Shown: one piece after another, positions 48,883-58,877 of the stretch
Layout of the letters: each line of letters begins with the position of its first letter
Position numbering within the stretch: the first letter of the stretch is position 1
Source: Candidatus Woesearchaeota archaeon
Lineage (GTDB): Archaea > Nanobdellota > Nanobdellia > Woesearchaeales > GW2011-AR4
Assembly (NCBI GenBank): GCA_016185755.1
Contig: JACPMX010000016.1
Coordinates: forward strand, 985 to 64,984
Length of the DNA stretch: 64,000 nt
Direction of reading: 5' to 3'
The notes under the pieces: model-generated
What the model was told of the DNA's origin: nothing
Databases searched by the model: none
What the model saw: the letters and a program-made list of their open reading frames with translations, nothing else
Position numbers and translations under genes: made by a program

Positions 48883-50496
48883 ATGAAATTAAACAAGAAC
48901 TACATCCAGACTTCCATATTCATAGCCCTATACCTTTTCGCCATTTATTTCTGGACGCAGCCGCTGCAGGAAAGAAAGCTGCCTTACGGGGAATATGACG
49001 CAATGTCCCATTTTGAAGTTGCCGATTACATGGCATACAATGACAGATCCTTCATGAAATTGCCTGACTACATCGACTTGAGGTACGGCCTCGACAACAA
49101 ATACAAGCCCCATACACTGTGGTATCCTCCCCCATTCCATGCATCGCTTGGGGTGGCTGAGACGATCGGTGGGGAAAGAATAGTGCCTGTATTTTTGCTC
49201 AACACTGTCATGTCAACATTCATCATGATAAGCGTTTATTTTGTAATAAATTCATTGTTCGGGTTTTTGCCGGCCATCCTGTCATCGCTGCTGCTGGTTT
49301 TTTCACCAAGGGACTTCATGCCATATTTATGGGGGCAGTGGCCGGAAAGGTTTGCTTATGCACTTGTCCCGATAATCCTGTACTGCTTTTACATGTATTT
49401 CACCAGCTTTTCAAAAGAAGACAAGAAGCCAATTTACCTTTACATGGCTGCACTGTTCCTGGGAATAAACATATTAATCCATCCTCTTGTGTTTTTCCAT
49501 TCAGCTGCAGGACTGGCTTTGCTTTACATTTTCCTGTCCATAAAGCAGAAAAAGCTTGTTTTTGAGTGGAAGCATATTGCTGTTTCTGCAATGATTTTTC
49601 TGGCATTGTTTTTGCTCTTTCCATACCAGACATTCAACATATTCCCGAAATTCACAGGAAGCGAAGAAACTGGGGAAGCAAACCCTTTTGACCTGTCAAG
49701 GCTGTTCCAGTGGTCATTAAACCCGGCAGATTATGCAGGAAGCGTGCCTCCAAGTTATTTTTCATTCAGGGATATGCACGGCCTCTGGACTTTGCCGCTT
49801 TTGCTGGCCGGCATACTGTTTTTGGCTTGGAGAAGAGAGGAAAGAGACCTGCTTTTGATGGCATGGCTTGCAAGCCTTTACATTGTGCTGCACAGGGATT
49901 TGATAGGGCAGGCATCATTTTTGCACAGGTCATTGTCAGCCTCTGCCCATATATTCGCCCCATTGGCTGCGATTGGCGCAGTTTACCTTGCTTCAATCAT
50001 AAAGCTGCCTTCAAATTTAAACAAGTACCTGAAATACGGCATCGCAGCTGCTTTTGTTTTTCTTGTTATTTCGGTAAACATGGCATACGCGTCAAAATTG
50101 CTGAACAAGGACACTTACAATGATTTTTTCGGCACTTTGAACAGGGAGGAGTTTGAAGCGGCAGAATGGATTTTGCAAAATGTGCCCAGCTCTGCAAATG
50201 TGACTGTACTTGGAATTCCTCATGAGCCTGACAAAGTATTGTCTGTAACTTCCAAAAAAATAAGATGGCTTGCAGCTGCATCGCAGCATGTTTCAAGGTT
50301 TTACTATCTAAGGGAAGACCAGGAGCAGATTTTGAAATCAAAAGACTGGTACATAATGATTGACTACACAATGCTCGGCCCCCTAAATGACAGGCAGACT
50401 TTTGAAAAAATGCAGAAGTTTGAAAAAGAGTCTTTAATTAAACATAAGTTAGTTTATGACAAAAACAGCATAAAGGTGTATAATCTTGAAGATTAG
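48883..50496 (+). CDS. Multi-TM GT-C-like membrane protein
   Basis: 'PYGEYDAMSH', 'YPPPFH', 'WGQWP', 'EAAEWILQN'. Paralogue of 52501..54141. Confidence 0.6.
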   Translation: MKLNKNYIQTSIFIALYLFAIYFWTQPLQERKLPYGEYDAMSHFEVADYMAYNDRSFMKLPDYIDLRYGLDNKYKPHTLWYPPPFHASLGVAETIGGERIVPVFLLNTVMSTFIMISVYFVINSLFGFLPAILSSLLLVFSPRDFMPYLWGQWPERFAYALVPIILYCFYMYFTSFSKEDKKPIYLYMAALFLGINILIHPLVFFHSAAGLALLYIFLSIKQKKLVFEWKHIAVSAMIFLALFLLFPYQTFNIFPKFTGSEETGEANPFDLSRLFQWSLNPADYAGSVPPSYFSFRDMHGLWTLPLLLAGILFLAWRREERDLLLMAWLASLYIVLHRDLIGQASFLHRSLSASAHIFAPLAAIGAVYLASIIKLPSNLNKYLKYGIAAAFVFLVISVNMAYASKLLNKDTYNDFFGTLNREEFEAAEWILQNVPSSANVTVLGIPHEPDKVLSVTSKKIRWLAAASQHVSRFYYLREDQEQILKSKDWYIMIDYTMLGPLNDRQTFEKMQKFEKESLIKHKLVYDKNSIKVYNLED

Positions 50497-50836
50497 CAAC
50501 GGGCAAAAGGAAATTGCAGCATTCTCTTCCATTATCCTATTGGCATGCCTTATTTTCTCATTTGTGCTTTTTGGCATTGCAGGCGTAAGGGTTGTTTTTG
50601 GGATAGTGCTTGTGTCATTGCCATTTTACCTTATTTTAAACAATTTCGAGTTTAACGAATCAGAAAAATTTGTATTTTCAATCCTGCTGGGGCTTACAGT
50701 ATTCCCCTTGCTTGCCTATCTGCTGGGATTCATCACAAGCTTCAAATGGGCAATAGCAATAACTTTTGTTCTGTTGATGGCTGCAGCATTCATGCCGAAG
50801 ATGAAGAAATTAATTATTTCTTATGGGAAAGTATAA
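50486..50836 (+). CDS. Small 4-TM membrane protein
   Basis: Hydrophobic. 'LPFY...EKFVFSI' parallels 'LPGY...ERFVIGI' in 52164..52520. Confidence 0.65.
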   Translation: MKISNGQKEIAAFSSIILLACLIFSFVLFGIAGVRVVFGIVLVSLPFYLILNNFEFNESEKFVFSILLGLTVFPLLAYLLGFITSFKWAIAITFVLLMAAAFMPKMKKLIISYGKV

Positions 50837-50988
50837 ATACTAGCTTTAACAGGAAATTTTTGGGGGTGTAAAATTTGCTTTTAAGAATAGGTGTTAGCCT
50901 GTTTTATTGTACGTAAAGTTCTTTTTTCCAAATAGCATATTCTCCGTCAGAAAAACTTTTATAATTTCTGAAACTTTGAGGTGATTTT

Positions 50989-51287
50989 ATGTACTCTGTA
51001 AGGCAAATCATAAAGGAAAACTGGAAATCTTATCTTAAAACACATAGCCCTACAGCCCATCAAAAAGAAGAAATTCAGAAGATGATTGACTGCTCAAAGA
51101 ATAGCTGCAACAGCAGGATATGCAGCTCCTGCGGGAAAAGATATGCTGACGATTGGGCAAACAATCTTGTAAACGCCTATGCCCGCTTCCATGCAAGGCA
51201 TGTGGTTTTGACAACCCCTTCTTTCTAAGGCCTGTTTTAAGGAATCTTGGCATCTTAATGAGTTCTTCAAAGGATTTGGCTCGGTAG
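50989..51287 (+). pseudogene. IS91-family transposase N-terminal Zn-binding fragment
   Basis: 'SCNSRICSSCG...W...RHVVLTTP'. Stop at 51228, with a frameshifted continuation LRPVLR to 51287. No HUH/Y2 domain follows. Confidence 0.75.
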
Positions 51288-51388
51288 GGTGTAGTGAAAT
51301 CTCGGCTTGGCAGGCTTTTTTTAATAGAAAAGTTTAAATACAAGATTAATCTTATTTGTCTTATTAACAAGATAAGTGGAGGTCAAAA

Positions 51389-51649
51389 ATGGGAACAATA
51401 ATTGAAATGGGAAAAATTAGTTCAAGGGGACAGATTGCAATCCCTGCGGATATAAGGGAACAATTAGGTTTAGATGAAGGGACAAAAGTCTTGTTCTTTA
51501 CCGAACAGGATACTTTGATGATGAAAAAGGTAACAGAACAAAGCTTTGCTCAGATAACAAAGCCTTTAAAATTAGCAGCAAAACAGGCTGGCTTAAAAGA
51601 AGAAGATGTTCCAAATATTGTCCAAAGGTTTAGGAAGAAGAAAAGATGA
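51389..51649 (+). CDS. AbrB/MazE/SpoVT antitoxin
   Basis: 'KISSRGQIAIPADIREQLGL'. GGAGG RBS, and ATGA overlap with the PIN gene. Confidence 0.9.
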   Translation: MGTIIEMGKISSRGQIAIPADIREQLGLDEGTKVLFFTEQDTLMMKKVTEQSFAQITKPLKLAAKQAGLKEEDVPNIVQRFRKKKR

Positions 51650-52062
51650 AAATAACCGTAGATACAAATATTCTAGTCTCAGCTACATTTTGGAATGGAG
51701 CTTCTGATAAAATAATTTCCAAAGTCGAAGCAAAAGAAATAGAATTAGTGTTATCTGCAGAAATTCTAAATGAGTATGCTGGAGTTTTGGAATATGATGA
51801 AATCAAGAGCAAAATAAAAGACAAGAATTTGGAAACTAAAAGAACTATAAGCAAGATTATAGCCATATCATCCATTATCGAGCCAAAGATTAGACTAAGT
51901 GTAATAAAAGATGACCCAGATGATGATAGAATATTAGAATGCGCAATTGCGGGAAGAGTAGATTATATTGTAAGCAGTAATAATCACTTACTGAAGTTGA
52001 AAACTTATGAAGGTATACAAATAGTAACTCCGCAAGAATTCTTAGACAAATTATCTAAGTAG
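51646..52062 (+). CDS. PIN-domain toxin (VapC-like)
   Basis: 'VDTNILVS', 'ILNE', 'DPDDDRILECA', 'YIVS'. Confidence 0.9.
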   Translation: MKITVDTNILVSATFWNGASDKIISKVEAKEIELVLSAEILNEYAGVLEYDEIKSKIKDKNLETKRTISKIIAISSIIEPKIRLSVIKDDPDDDRILECAIAGRVDYIVSSNNHLLKLKTYEGIQIVTPQEFLDKLSK

Positions 52063-52163
52063 CCAAATCGAATATATGACGGCTTTGCAAATATTATACA
52101 AATAAAAACACCATCTAATAACTAACAGCGAATAATAAAAAAGGAATTTAACATTACTCAGGC

Positions 52164-52520
52164 CTATTTCCTCAAATTAATAATTGCCCCCATTAAAATC
52201 AAAATCAACGGCAGTATTACAATATGGTGCTTTATGTCCAGCCCAAAAACCCCAAGGTAATAGCTTGCTATGCCTGCAACAGCCAGCGAAACTGCGATGC
52301 CAATCACAAATCTCTCGGCAAAATCAAGCTTTTCATGCCAGTAAAGCGTCAGGAAATAGCCCGGCAATGCGAACAGCCAGAATAAGGCCAAAACAGCCCT
52401 TGCAGCGGAAATAAAACCCCCCCTGTAAAACATTATCCAGAAAATAACTATAAATAATACTAAAAGCGCCGCTATATTCAGCAGTTCCTTTTTCATCCTA
52501 TCAAAAATTTCTTTCTTCAA
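52164..52520 (-). CDS. Small 4-TM membrane protein
   Basis: Hydrophobic. Paralogous to 50486..50836 and overlaps the upstream GT-C-like gene. Confidence 0.65.
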   Translation of the reverse strand: MKKEIFDRMKKELLNIAALLVLFIVIFWIMFYRGGFISAARAVLALFWLFALPGYFLTLYWHEKLDFAERFVIGIAVSLAVAGIASYYLGVFGLDIKHHIVILPLILILMGAIINLRK

Positions 52521-54141
52521 TGCAATCCTCCCCCGGATTTTTGTTTTTCAATATGACTACCAGCTGGTTTTCAAAAACAGGGCTTATAAAATTCTTCTTG
52601 AGCAGCTCGTTTGCCAATAATAAGTTGTACTGGGCAAAAGCCTGCTGCCCTGAAGTTTTGTCAAAAACAAGATAATCAAAACTGCAGATATCCTTTTTTC
52701 CTGACAAATCATTCCTGATGTCATCTGCTGCAAAATGGAATGAAAAGAACGATGGCCTCTGGACCGCACCCCCGCCACCATCCCCAGGCATCTCAGTCTC
52801 GTAAAACCTTCTTAACTCTCTTTTGCTTATGGCATCGGCATAATCTTCAGGCACAATAAGCCCATGCAGCCTTTTTGCATTTCTCAGCACGGCATCCTGG
52901 CCGTACATGTCGCCATAAAAAAAGTATACCCTGGCGCTGTTATCAGTGCTTTTGCCGAGCCATTGAAAAGCCTGCCAATGAAAATTGTCCATAATCCCCT
53001 GGGCTGTCATTTTTTTGTAGCCTGGGATGAATGCAAAAGAGGCTGTTGTTAAAACTATAATAAGCGCAACAGAGGCTATAACAGAGTGCAGGATTTTCCA
53101 GTTTCTATATAATGTATTGGCAATATAAAAAATCCCCAATCCTAAAAGAAACGAAAGGTAAACCGGCCAGAAAAATCTCAGCTGGAAAGCTCTTGTGTCA
53201 AAGCCGATATAGTTGGTGTAGCTGAACAGCAGCATTGACGCTGCAATCACAAACGGAAGCATGTCTTTTTTCCTAAGCCAGGTAAGGGACACTATAATCC
53301 CTGCTGCAAAAAATACCAGCAGCAACCCAAAATCGCCGAAAAACATCAATGGAGCATCCCATGCCCTTTTTATGGAAAGCTCGAAAGGCTGCCTGACTGC
53401 CCACACAAGCTTGAATATAACAAGGAAATTGAACGTCGCAACGACAGTTATTATCGAGCCGTACACTGCATTTTTTATAATTCCAAGGCTGAATTCTTTC
53501 CGCAGCAGCTTATAAGCGAGAAATATGGCAAAGAACATTGCCGCGAAAATGGCCTCGGCAGTATGCGTCAGGATTATTGCGCTCAGGAACACGGCAAAGA
53601 AGATGAATGAATGTTTAAGGTCAATGTTTGCCGCATACCAGAAAAATGCAACAAGGAAGAACTGGGACAATAAGGATGGCCAGTGTCCCCAAGTAAAGCC
53701 TGTATAAATGCCGTTGTAGAACAAGAGCACAGCCAAAGGCATGGATAAAATTGCGACATTTTTGCTGAAGTTCCTGATTATGAAGTACATCACAATGGCT
53801 GCAATAGCAGCTGCAAAGAAAACCATGAACTGCAGAGTGTCGTATGTTTCAAGCCCGCTTGCGTATGACAGCAGCACGCTTAAATGGTATATGACCGGCG
53901 GATAATAGCCTATGACATCCCTGATGCCAAATACTATGTAAGGAGCCTCGTTTCTATAGTTTCCTTCATCCTTTATCCACTCGACCCTTGTCTGGTGCTG
54001 GAAAGCGTCAGAGGCAAAATATCCATAAGGAAAGTCATGGCCCAGGCTGTGGTCCACAAGATTGGCATAGCCCAGAAATAGCAATAGGGAAAATACAGAG
54101 ATTAGGTAGATGTTTTCAAGGTCCAACTTTAAGTTTAGCAT
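52501..54141 (-). CDS. Multi-TM GT-C-like membrane protein
   Basis: 'PYGYFASDAFQH', 'YYPPVIYH', 'WGHWP', 'WQAFQWL'. Confidence 0.6.
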   Translation of the reverse strand: MLNLKLDLENIYLISVFSLLLFLGYANLVDHSLGHDFPYGYFASDAFQHQTRVEWIKDEGNYRNEAPYIVFGIRDVIGYYPPVIYHLSVLLSYASGLETYDTLQFMVFFAAAIAAIVMYFIIRNFSKNVAILSMPLAVLLFYNGIYTGFTWGHWPSLLSQFFLVAFFWYAANIDLKHSFIFFAVFLSAIILTHTAEAIFAAMFFAIFLAYKLLRKEFSLGIIKNAVYGSIITVVATFNFLVIFKLVWAVRQPFELSIKRAWDAPLMFFGDFGLLLVFFAAGIIVSLTWLRKKDMLPFVIAASMLLFSYTNYIGFDTRAFQLRFFWPVYLSFLLGLGIFYIANTLYRNWKILHSVIASVALIIVLTTASFAFIPGYKKMTAQGIMDNFHWQAFQWLGKSTDNSARVYFFYGDMYGQDAVLRNAKRLHGLIVPEDYADAISKRELRRFYETEMPGDGGGGAVQRPSFFSFHFAADDIRNDLSGKKDICSFDYLVFDKTSGQQAFAQYNLLLANELLKKNFISPVFENQLVVILKNKNPGEDCIEERNF

Positions 54142-54142
54142 T

Positions 54143-56455
54143 TTATATCGTTATCGTTAAATTTCTTGAGTCCGTCAAGCTGTTGTTTCTTGCGGTTGCA
54201 TTTACATTATACGTTCCACTTGCTGTGAAATTGTAATCTATATAAATAAACATCTGCTCGCTCGGCTGCAATATGCTTGATATTGTGCTGTTTATTATAT
54301 TGCTGTTATTGGTGTTCAAGGACCAGTTTACGCCAGTTAGATTTATATTCAGATTGTTTTTTATTACAAATTCAAATATTCTTTTATTTCCTGATTCATT
54401 TACTATGCTTAAATTAAACGCTTCCAGGTGCTTAATATCAAGATTTAATGTTTTTGAGTCTGAATATGTTTGGTTTGTAACAGTAGCCACAAGGCTGTAA
54501 GTGCCGCTAGCCCCATAGTCATATTTTACGAATATAAAGATTGTCTCGTTAGGCTGGATAGATGCAAACTGGCTTGTTGAGTTTATAATACCATTGTTTC
54601 CAGTTGTTAAAGACCAGTTGACATTGGTTATATTGCTTTCCAAATTGTTTTTAGCCTGTATTTCAAAAATTACTTTGGCAACATCCGTATTTACATCATC
54701 AAAGCTTGTTATTGCCAAATCCCCTACTCCAATGCTGGAGCTTAAAGAAGAGCTTATTATAGTTGATTGGCTCAATCCGGTCGCATTTGCTCTTATATTG
54801 TAAGAGCCTTCATCCGAGAAATTGTATTGTACATATACAAAAGCCCTTTCATTCACAGCCAAGGAGCTTATATTGGAAGTGCTGTTTATTATGTAGCTGT
54901 CATTCGTGTCAAACCACCATTGTACATCGGTTACTGCTGTGTCTCCGTCATTCAGAATAACAAATTCAAAGATTTTGAGTGTACCATTGGTGTACATTGC
55001 GGTTATAGATTCTATAGCTAAAGAAACAATTGTTGGAGGAGTATTCTGCACAATGTTGTTGCTTTCGTTGCTTTCATCAACCAGATTGTCGAAGTCTGCT
55101 ATGGCTGTGAACAGGGTTATATTGGATGTATTGCTTACTATAAAATTATAAATTTGTGATTCGTTAACATTTAGTATCACAGTACTATTTATAGCTGAAA
55201 AAGTTTCATTGTTAAAAACATCAAGGAATACATTAAAAGCTGTTGACTCTCCAGTATTATTGAGTTTTATTGTAACATTAGATTGATTTGTTGTCTGGTT
55301 GAAAATTACAGTCATATTCAGTTTCAAATCAGGCAAAGGCGGCCTTTCAAAATCTGTATAAGTTAAATTTGTTATTGTATGCGGCTCAAACTGCTTGTCT
55401 GTAATATTCCCATTTTCTATTAGCCTTGTGACACTTAATATATATGGACCGCTTATCTTTGCAGCATAGATGTCAGAGCCATTTATTCTTATGCTTACAG
55501 TCTGATTTCCAATAGACAAGCTTTGTGATGCAGACAGATTTTTGACAAAATTGTTGAATTGGTCATACATTTCAGCTTGTATTTCATAAGTATTTGTGCT
55601 TTTAACTGCTACAGTAAAGTTTACTTCCAGAAACTCCGACAAATTATTTGCATTAGTATCTATGCCAGTGCTGCTATAGTTTCTAAAGTAAGAAGTTTTT
55701 GCAAAGTCTTCATAATTATAAATTGATGTTGAATATGATGGCTTAATAAGTTTTCTGCCTATTAACACAGAGTCCAATGTAAAGTTTCCAGTGTAATGGG
55801 TGGATTTTATAGTCTCATTGTCAAAATCCAATGAAATTGTTTGCAATCCAGATGATAAGGTTACTTGTTTTGTTGCGCTAATTATAGTTTCATTAAATTT
55901 CAAATATGCAGTGATATTTGCATCTTGATTTTGGGAGACATTGAGTGTTAAGTTTATTCTAATATGATTGCTGTTTAAATTCTCATCTGTTATTCTGTTT
56001 ATATTTGTGCCATTACCAAAACCGCTGTAAGTGTTTGTCTCTATATTGTACTTGCTGAAAACCAGAATATTCGTTGTGTTATAAATTCTTACAGAATAAT
56101 TATACTTATTTTTGGTTAATAAGCGAGTGTCAAAGCTTATATTGACGTTGGATATACCTGAAGAAATGCTTTGATTAATCCTGTTGGACAATGTTCCGCT
56201 TTCTTCTGACAAATCAAAATAAACTTCGAAAAAAGCAGTGTAAGTTGAGTTTACGGTGATATTTATAATCAATGTATCGTTCTGTCCATTTGAGTTAGAA
56301 TCCAACATGTAATCAGAAAACTGATTAATATTAAGTGTACCATCATTATAGCCAAAATTGTAAGAGTCTATTAGTTCTTGAAGTGTTATCGAGTAGGCAG
56401 ATGGGACTAGTAAAAATAAATATAATAACCATATAATTAGATTTTTACACTTCAT
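54143..56455 (-). CDS. Secreted Asn/Thr-rich surface protein with Ig/CARDB-like repeats
   Basis: Signal peptide. CARDB-like 'ADFDNLVDESNESNN', three C-terminal ~97-aa repeats (IFE...N...V.W.....IINST...F.Y.Y...G.Y), and many N-x-S/T sequons. Confidence 0.75.
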   Translation of the reverse strand: MKCKNLIIWLLYLFLLVPSAYSITLQELIDSYNFGYNDGTLNINQFSDYMLDSNSNGQNDTLIINITVNSTYTAFFEVYFDLSEESGTLSNRINQSISSGISNVNISFDTRLLTKNKYNYSVRIYNTTNILVFSKYNIETNTYSGFGNGTNINRITDENLNSNHIRINLTLNVSQNQDANITAYLKFNETIISATKQVTLSSGLQTISLDFDNETIKSTHYTGNFTLDSVLIGRKLIKPSYSTSIYNYEDFAKTSYFRNYSSTGIDTNANNLSEFLEVNFTVAVKSTNTYEIQAEMYDQFNNFVKNLSASQSLSIGNQTVSIRINGSDIYAAKISGPYILSVTRLIENGNITDKQFEPHTITNLTYTDFERPPLPDLKLNMTVIFNQTTNQSNVTIKLNNTGESTAFNVFLDVFNNETFSAINSTVILNVNESQIYNFIVSNTSNITLFTAIADFDNLVDESNESNNIVQNTPPTIVSLAIESITAMYTNGTLKIFEFVILNDGDTAVTDVQWWFDTNDSYIINSTSNISSLAVNERAFVYVQYNFSDEGSYNIRANATGLSQSTIISSSLSSSIGVGDLAITSFDDVNTDVAKVIFEIQAKNNLESNITNVNWSLTTGNNGIINSTSQFASIQPNETIFIFVKYDYGASGTYSLVATVTNQTYSDSKTLNLDIKHLEAFNLSIVNESGNKRIFEFVIKNNLNINLTGVNWSLNTNNSNIINSTISSILQPSEQMFIYIDYNFTASGTYNVNATARNNSLTDSRNLTITI

Positions 56456-56780
56456 TTATAGTTACCTCTTGATTTTCATCAGTATGTAAGTAATCAAAGA
56501 CAAAAATTCCGTCTAAGTCTTCCTCTGAGACATAATCTATTTTTTCAGTAACAGATTTGCTAAAGTAGAATTCCCTATCATCAACCAATTTACGTAAAGC
56601 AGCAAGTTCGCCGTCAATATCATTGCCTAGAACGTAAATGTTATTGCCGCTTCTTATCACAATGCCATTATATGGCAGTCCCTCAATTATTGTTATATTA
56701 AAAACTAAAATAGCTAAAACTAATATGGGCGATATTTTAACTTTTAAATTTTGTTTGAAGGTCACTTTTTGATAGGTCAT
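56445..56780 (-). pseudogene. Truncated third effector cassette (hydrophobic leader plus conserved linker only)
   Basis: 'EGLPYNG...LRKLVD...EEDLDG.FVFDYLHTDENQ' is nearly identical to segments of the 586-aa and 1441-aa proteins, then the ORF stops. Confidence 0.7.
56469..56684 (-). repeat. Conserved linker repeat, copy 3 (core only)
   Basis: DNA and protein similarity to about 58210-58427 and about 60248-60464. Confidence 0.85.
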
Positions 56781-56786
56781 TTTTAG

Positions 56787-57113
56787 TTAAAGGCTTTTTG
56801 ATACAGACAATACTATTACAATAAATACCATATACAATGTAAAGACTAATATAATTACAAAAAATATTATCTGTAAGATTAACTTGATTGTCATATAGTT
56901 TTTCTTTATCAATAAATTAATAATAAAGTCAAAAATTAAACCGATAGTTAGATAGATAAAAATAATTAAGGAGTAAGTCAATAGAATTTTTCCTCCTACA
57001 ACTTCTTTTAATTCATTTCCTTTCGATAATGCAACAAAAATAAAGATGATAATAAATATCGAAATGCAAATTAAATTAAATATGGTATGTTTAAATTTTT
57101 TAAGTTGTATCAT
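56787..57113 (-). CDS. Small 3-TM membrane protein (candidate immunity/accessory protein)
   Basis: Three hydrophobic segments. Starts 3 bp after the stop of the lipase cassette gene. Confidence 0.6.
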   Translation of the reverse strand: MIQLKKFKHTIFNLICISIFIIIFIFVALSKGNELKEVVGGKILLTYSLIIFIYLTIGLIFDFIINLLIKKNYMTIKLILQIIFFVIILVFTLYMVFIVIVLSVSKSL

Positions 57114-57116
57114 TTT

Positions 57117-58877
57117 TCAATCCTCCTCTATGCTCCATACAATTTTATCAAACCTAGAATAGGTAACGTCGTTTAAAAAAGCCGAGATCAAGTAATAGGT
57201 GCCTGGAAAGTCTGCCATAGAAGCATGAATATCAACTATAGCGGCTTTGTATTTTTTAGTAGAATTAGAATTTTGATAAATAGATTGAATATCAGTATCT
57301 GGAATAACACCATCATCACTGAAACCTCCCAATCTACTTCTTACAAGTAATAATTTATTTATTGATGTTAATGAAGGATTAGAATCAGATTTGTTTATTA
57401 CCCTATTCTGTATATCTATCCATAGATTATATGATACAACTCCATCACTCTGAGTTACTAAATGTAATAGTTTACAGTCAATTTCGTACCATTTACAAAC
57501 CTTGTTAATTGAATCACTAATATTTTTTTGAGATATATGGTTATATTGTGAAAGTGCAGATTTTGTTTGGTTGCCATGCCTATCGATTATTGCTGTAAAT
57601 CTGGTTGTTCCATTAAAAGTCCCCATAGGTGCAAGTAGTACCATATGGTCTACAAAATTTGCTGAAAGATTGAAGGTTGTCCAATTTCCAGAATCATTTA
57701 AATAGTAACCAATAGTATTTGATGTTCCTTGATAATATTGGGTGTAAGAATCTAATGCGAGACCACCACCTAAAGAATAGCCAACATAATCAACACTATT
57801 TTTATTTGAATATTTTAGAACTCCTCCTAGTAAGGCTGGCCAATAATAAGTTTTTAAAGTGTTATAATCGTAATTTGGACATGTGCTACATTCTGTATTA
57901 GGACCGCCAGTATATTCTATTAACCATACATCTCTTACATATTTGCCGTTAAAAGCGTTATCTTTAGCTATTTTATTAGCTAACTTCTCAAGTGAGAATA
58001 AATCTCCAAATACCCCATGCCCTAATACAACAGGTCTAGGATTAGAAAAATTTTTATATTTTACACTTAATTCTGCATTTATGTTTTTTAGTCTCAAACT
58101 TGTATTATCATTAGCGGTGAGGACCCTTTTAATCGAAAGTGATGTAACATCGCTATTCAAAACATTCTCCACAACTTTCCTAAAATTCTCATTATTCTTC
58201 CTGTACTTAGCTTGGTTTTCATCAGTATGCAGATAATCAAATACGAACAGCCCATCCAAATCTTCTTCACTTATGTAATCCGCCCTTGAAGAAACACTCT
58301 TACTAAAGTAAAATTCTTGATTATCTACTAGTTTTCTTAAAGCTGCTATGTCACCGTCTATCTCATTGCCAAATACATAAATATTTGTACCATCTTTTAC
58401 TACAAGGCCATTATAAGGCAAGCCTTCACTCTTTGATGTGTATGTTATGATATTATTTTCATATTTCCAGTTTTTATTGTCTGTTTTTTGTAAATCTTTT
58501 GGAAGATTAGAATTCTTCCTTCCAACATAAATATTTACATCCTGACCGCTGGAAACAATATCAATATAATCATCCAAATAATTATTAATTACAGAAGTTA
58601 AAACTGGATAATCAGTTACAATGTCTATATAAGCCTTTGTTGCTGGACGAGCAGCTTTTTTGATATAATTATTTTTCTCGTCAGTTTCTGCTATTATGAA
58701 AAATATATATGTGGTATTATATTCAAATATTGGTTTGGTGGTATATTCAAAAGAATAAATTAACAATATTATAATTGAATTATTTTCATTAGCGTATGAA
58801 GTGGAGGATAAGGTAATTAATGTTATACTAAATAATAAAATTAACTCCAGTACTTTTATAATTTTTTGTTTAGTCAT
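57117..58877 (-). CDS. Secreted alpha/beta-hydrolase (lipase/esterase) cassette
   Basis: Signal-like N-terminus, conserved linker, 'VLGHG', 'GYSLGG', 'SDDGVIP', 'IHASM'. Confidence 0.8.
   Translation of the reverse strand: MTKQKIIKVLELILLFSITLITLSSTSYANENNSIIILLIYSFEYTTKPIFEYNTTYIFFIIAETDEKNNYIKKAARPATKAYIDIVTDYPVLTSVINNYLDDYIDIVSSGQDVNIYVGRKNSNLPKDLQKTDNKNWKYENNIITYTSKSEGLPYNGLVVKDGTNIYVFGNEIDGDIAALRKLVDNQEFYFSKSVSSRADYISEEDLDGLFVFDYLHTDENQAKYRKNNENFRKVVENVLNSDVTSLSIKRVLTANDNTSLRLKNINAELSVKYKNFSNPRPVVLGHGVFGDLFSLEKLANKIAKDNAFNGKYVRDVWLIEYTGGPNTECSTCPNYDYNTLKTYYWPALLGGVLKYSNKNSVDYVGYSLGGGLALDSYTQYYQGTSNTIGYYLNDSGNWTTFNLSANFVDHMVLLAPMGTFNGTTRFTAIIDRHGNQTKSALSQYNHISQKNISDSINKVCKWYEIDCKLLHLVTQSDGVVSYNLWIDIQNRVINKSDSNPSLTSINKLLLVRSRLGGFSDDGVIPDTDIQSIYQNSNSTKKYKAAIVDIHASMADFPGTYYLISAFLNDVTYSRFDKIVWSIEED
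58015..58692 (-). repeat. Conserved linker repeat, copy 2
   Basis: 'AETDEKNNYIKK...NPRPVVLGHG' is colinear with 60055-60732. Confidence 0.85.

Noticed and set aside
51278..51315. tRNA- or rRNA-like fragment (GGCTCGGTAGGGTGTAGTGAAATC)
   Set aside because: No T-loop, acceptor stem or extended similarity is visible, so it is too short to support.
48883..54141. Oligosaccharyltransferase AglB
   Set aside because: Neither paralogue has the WWDYG motif and both are shorter than typical AglB.
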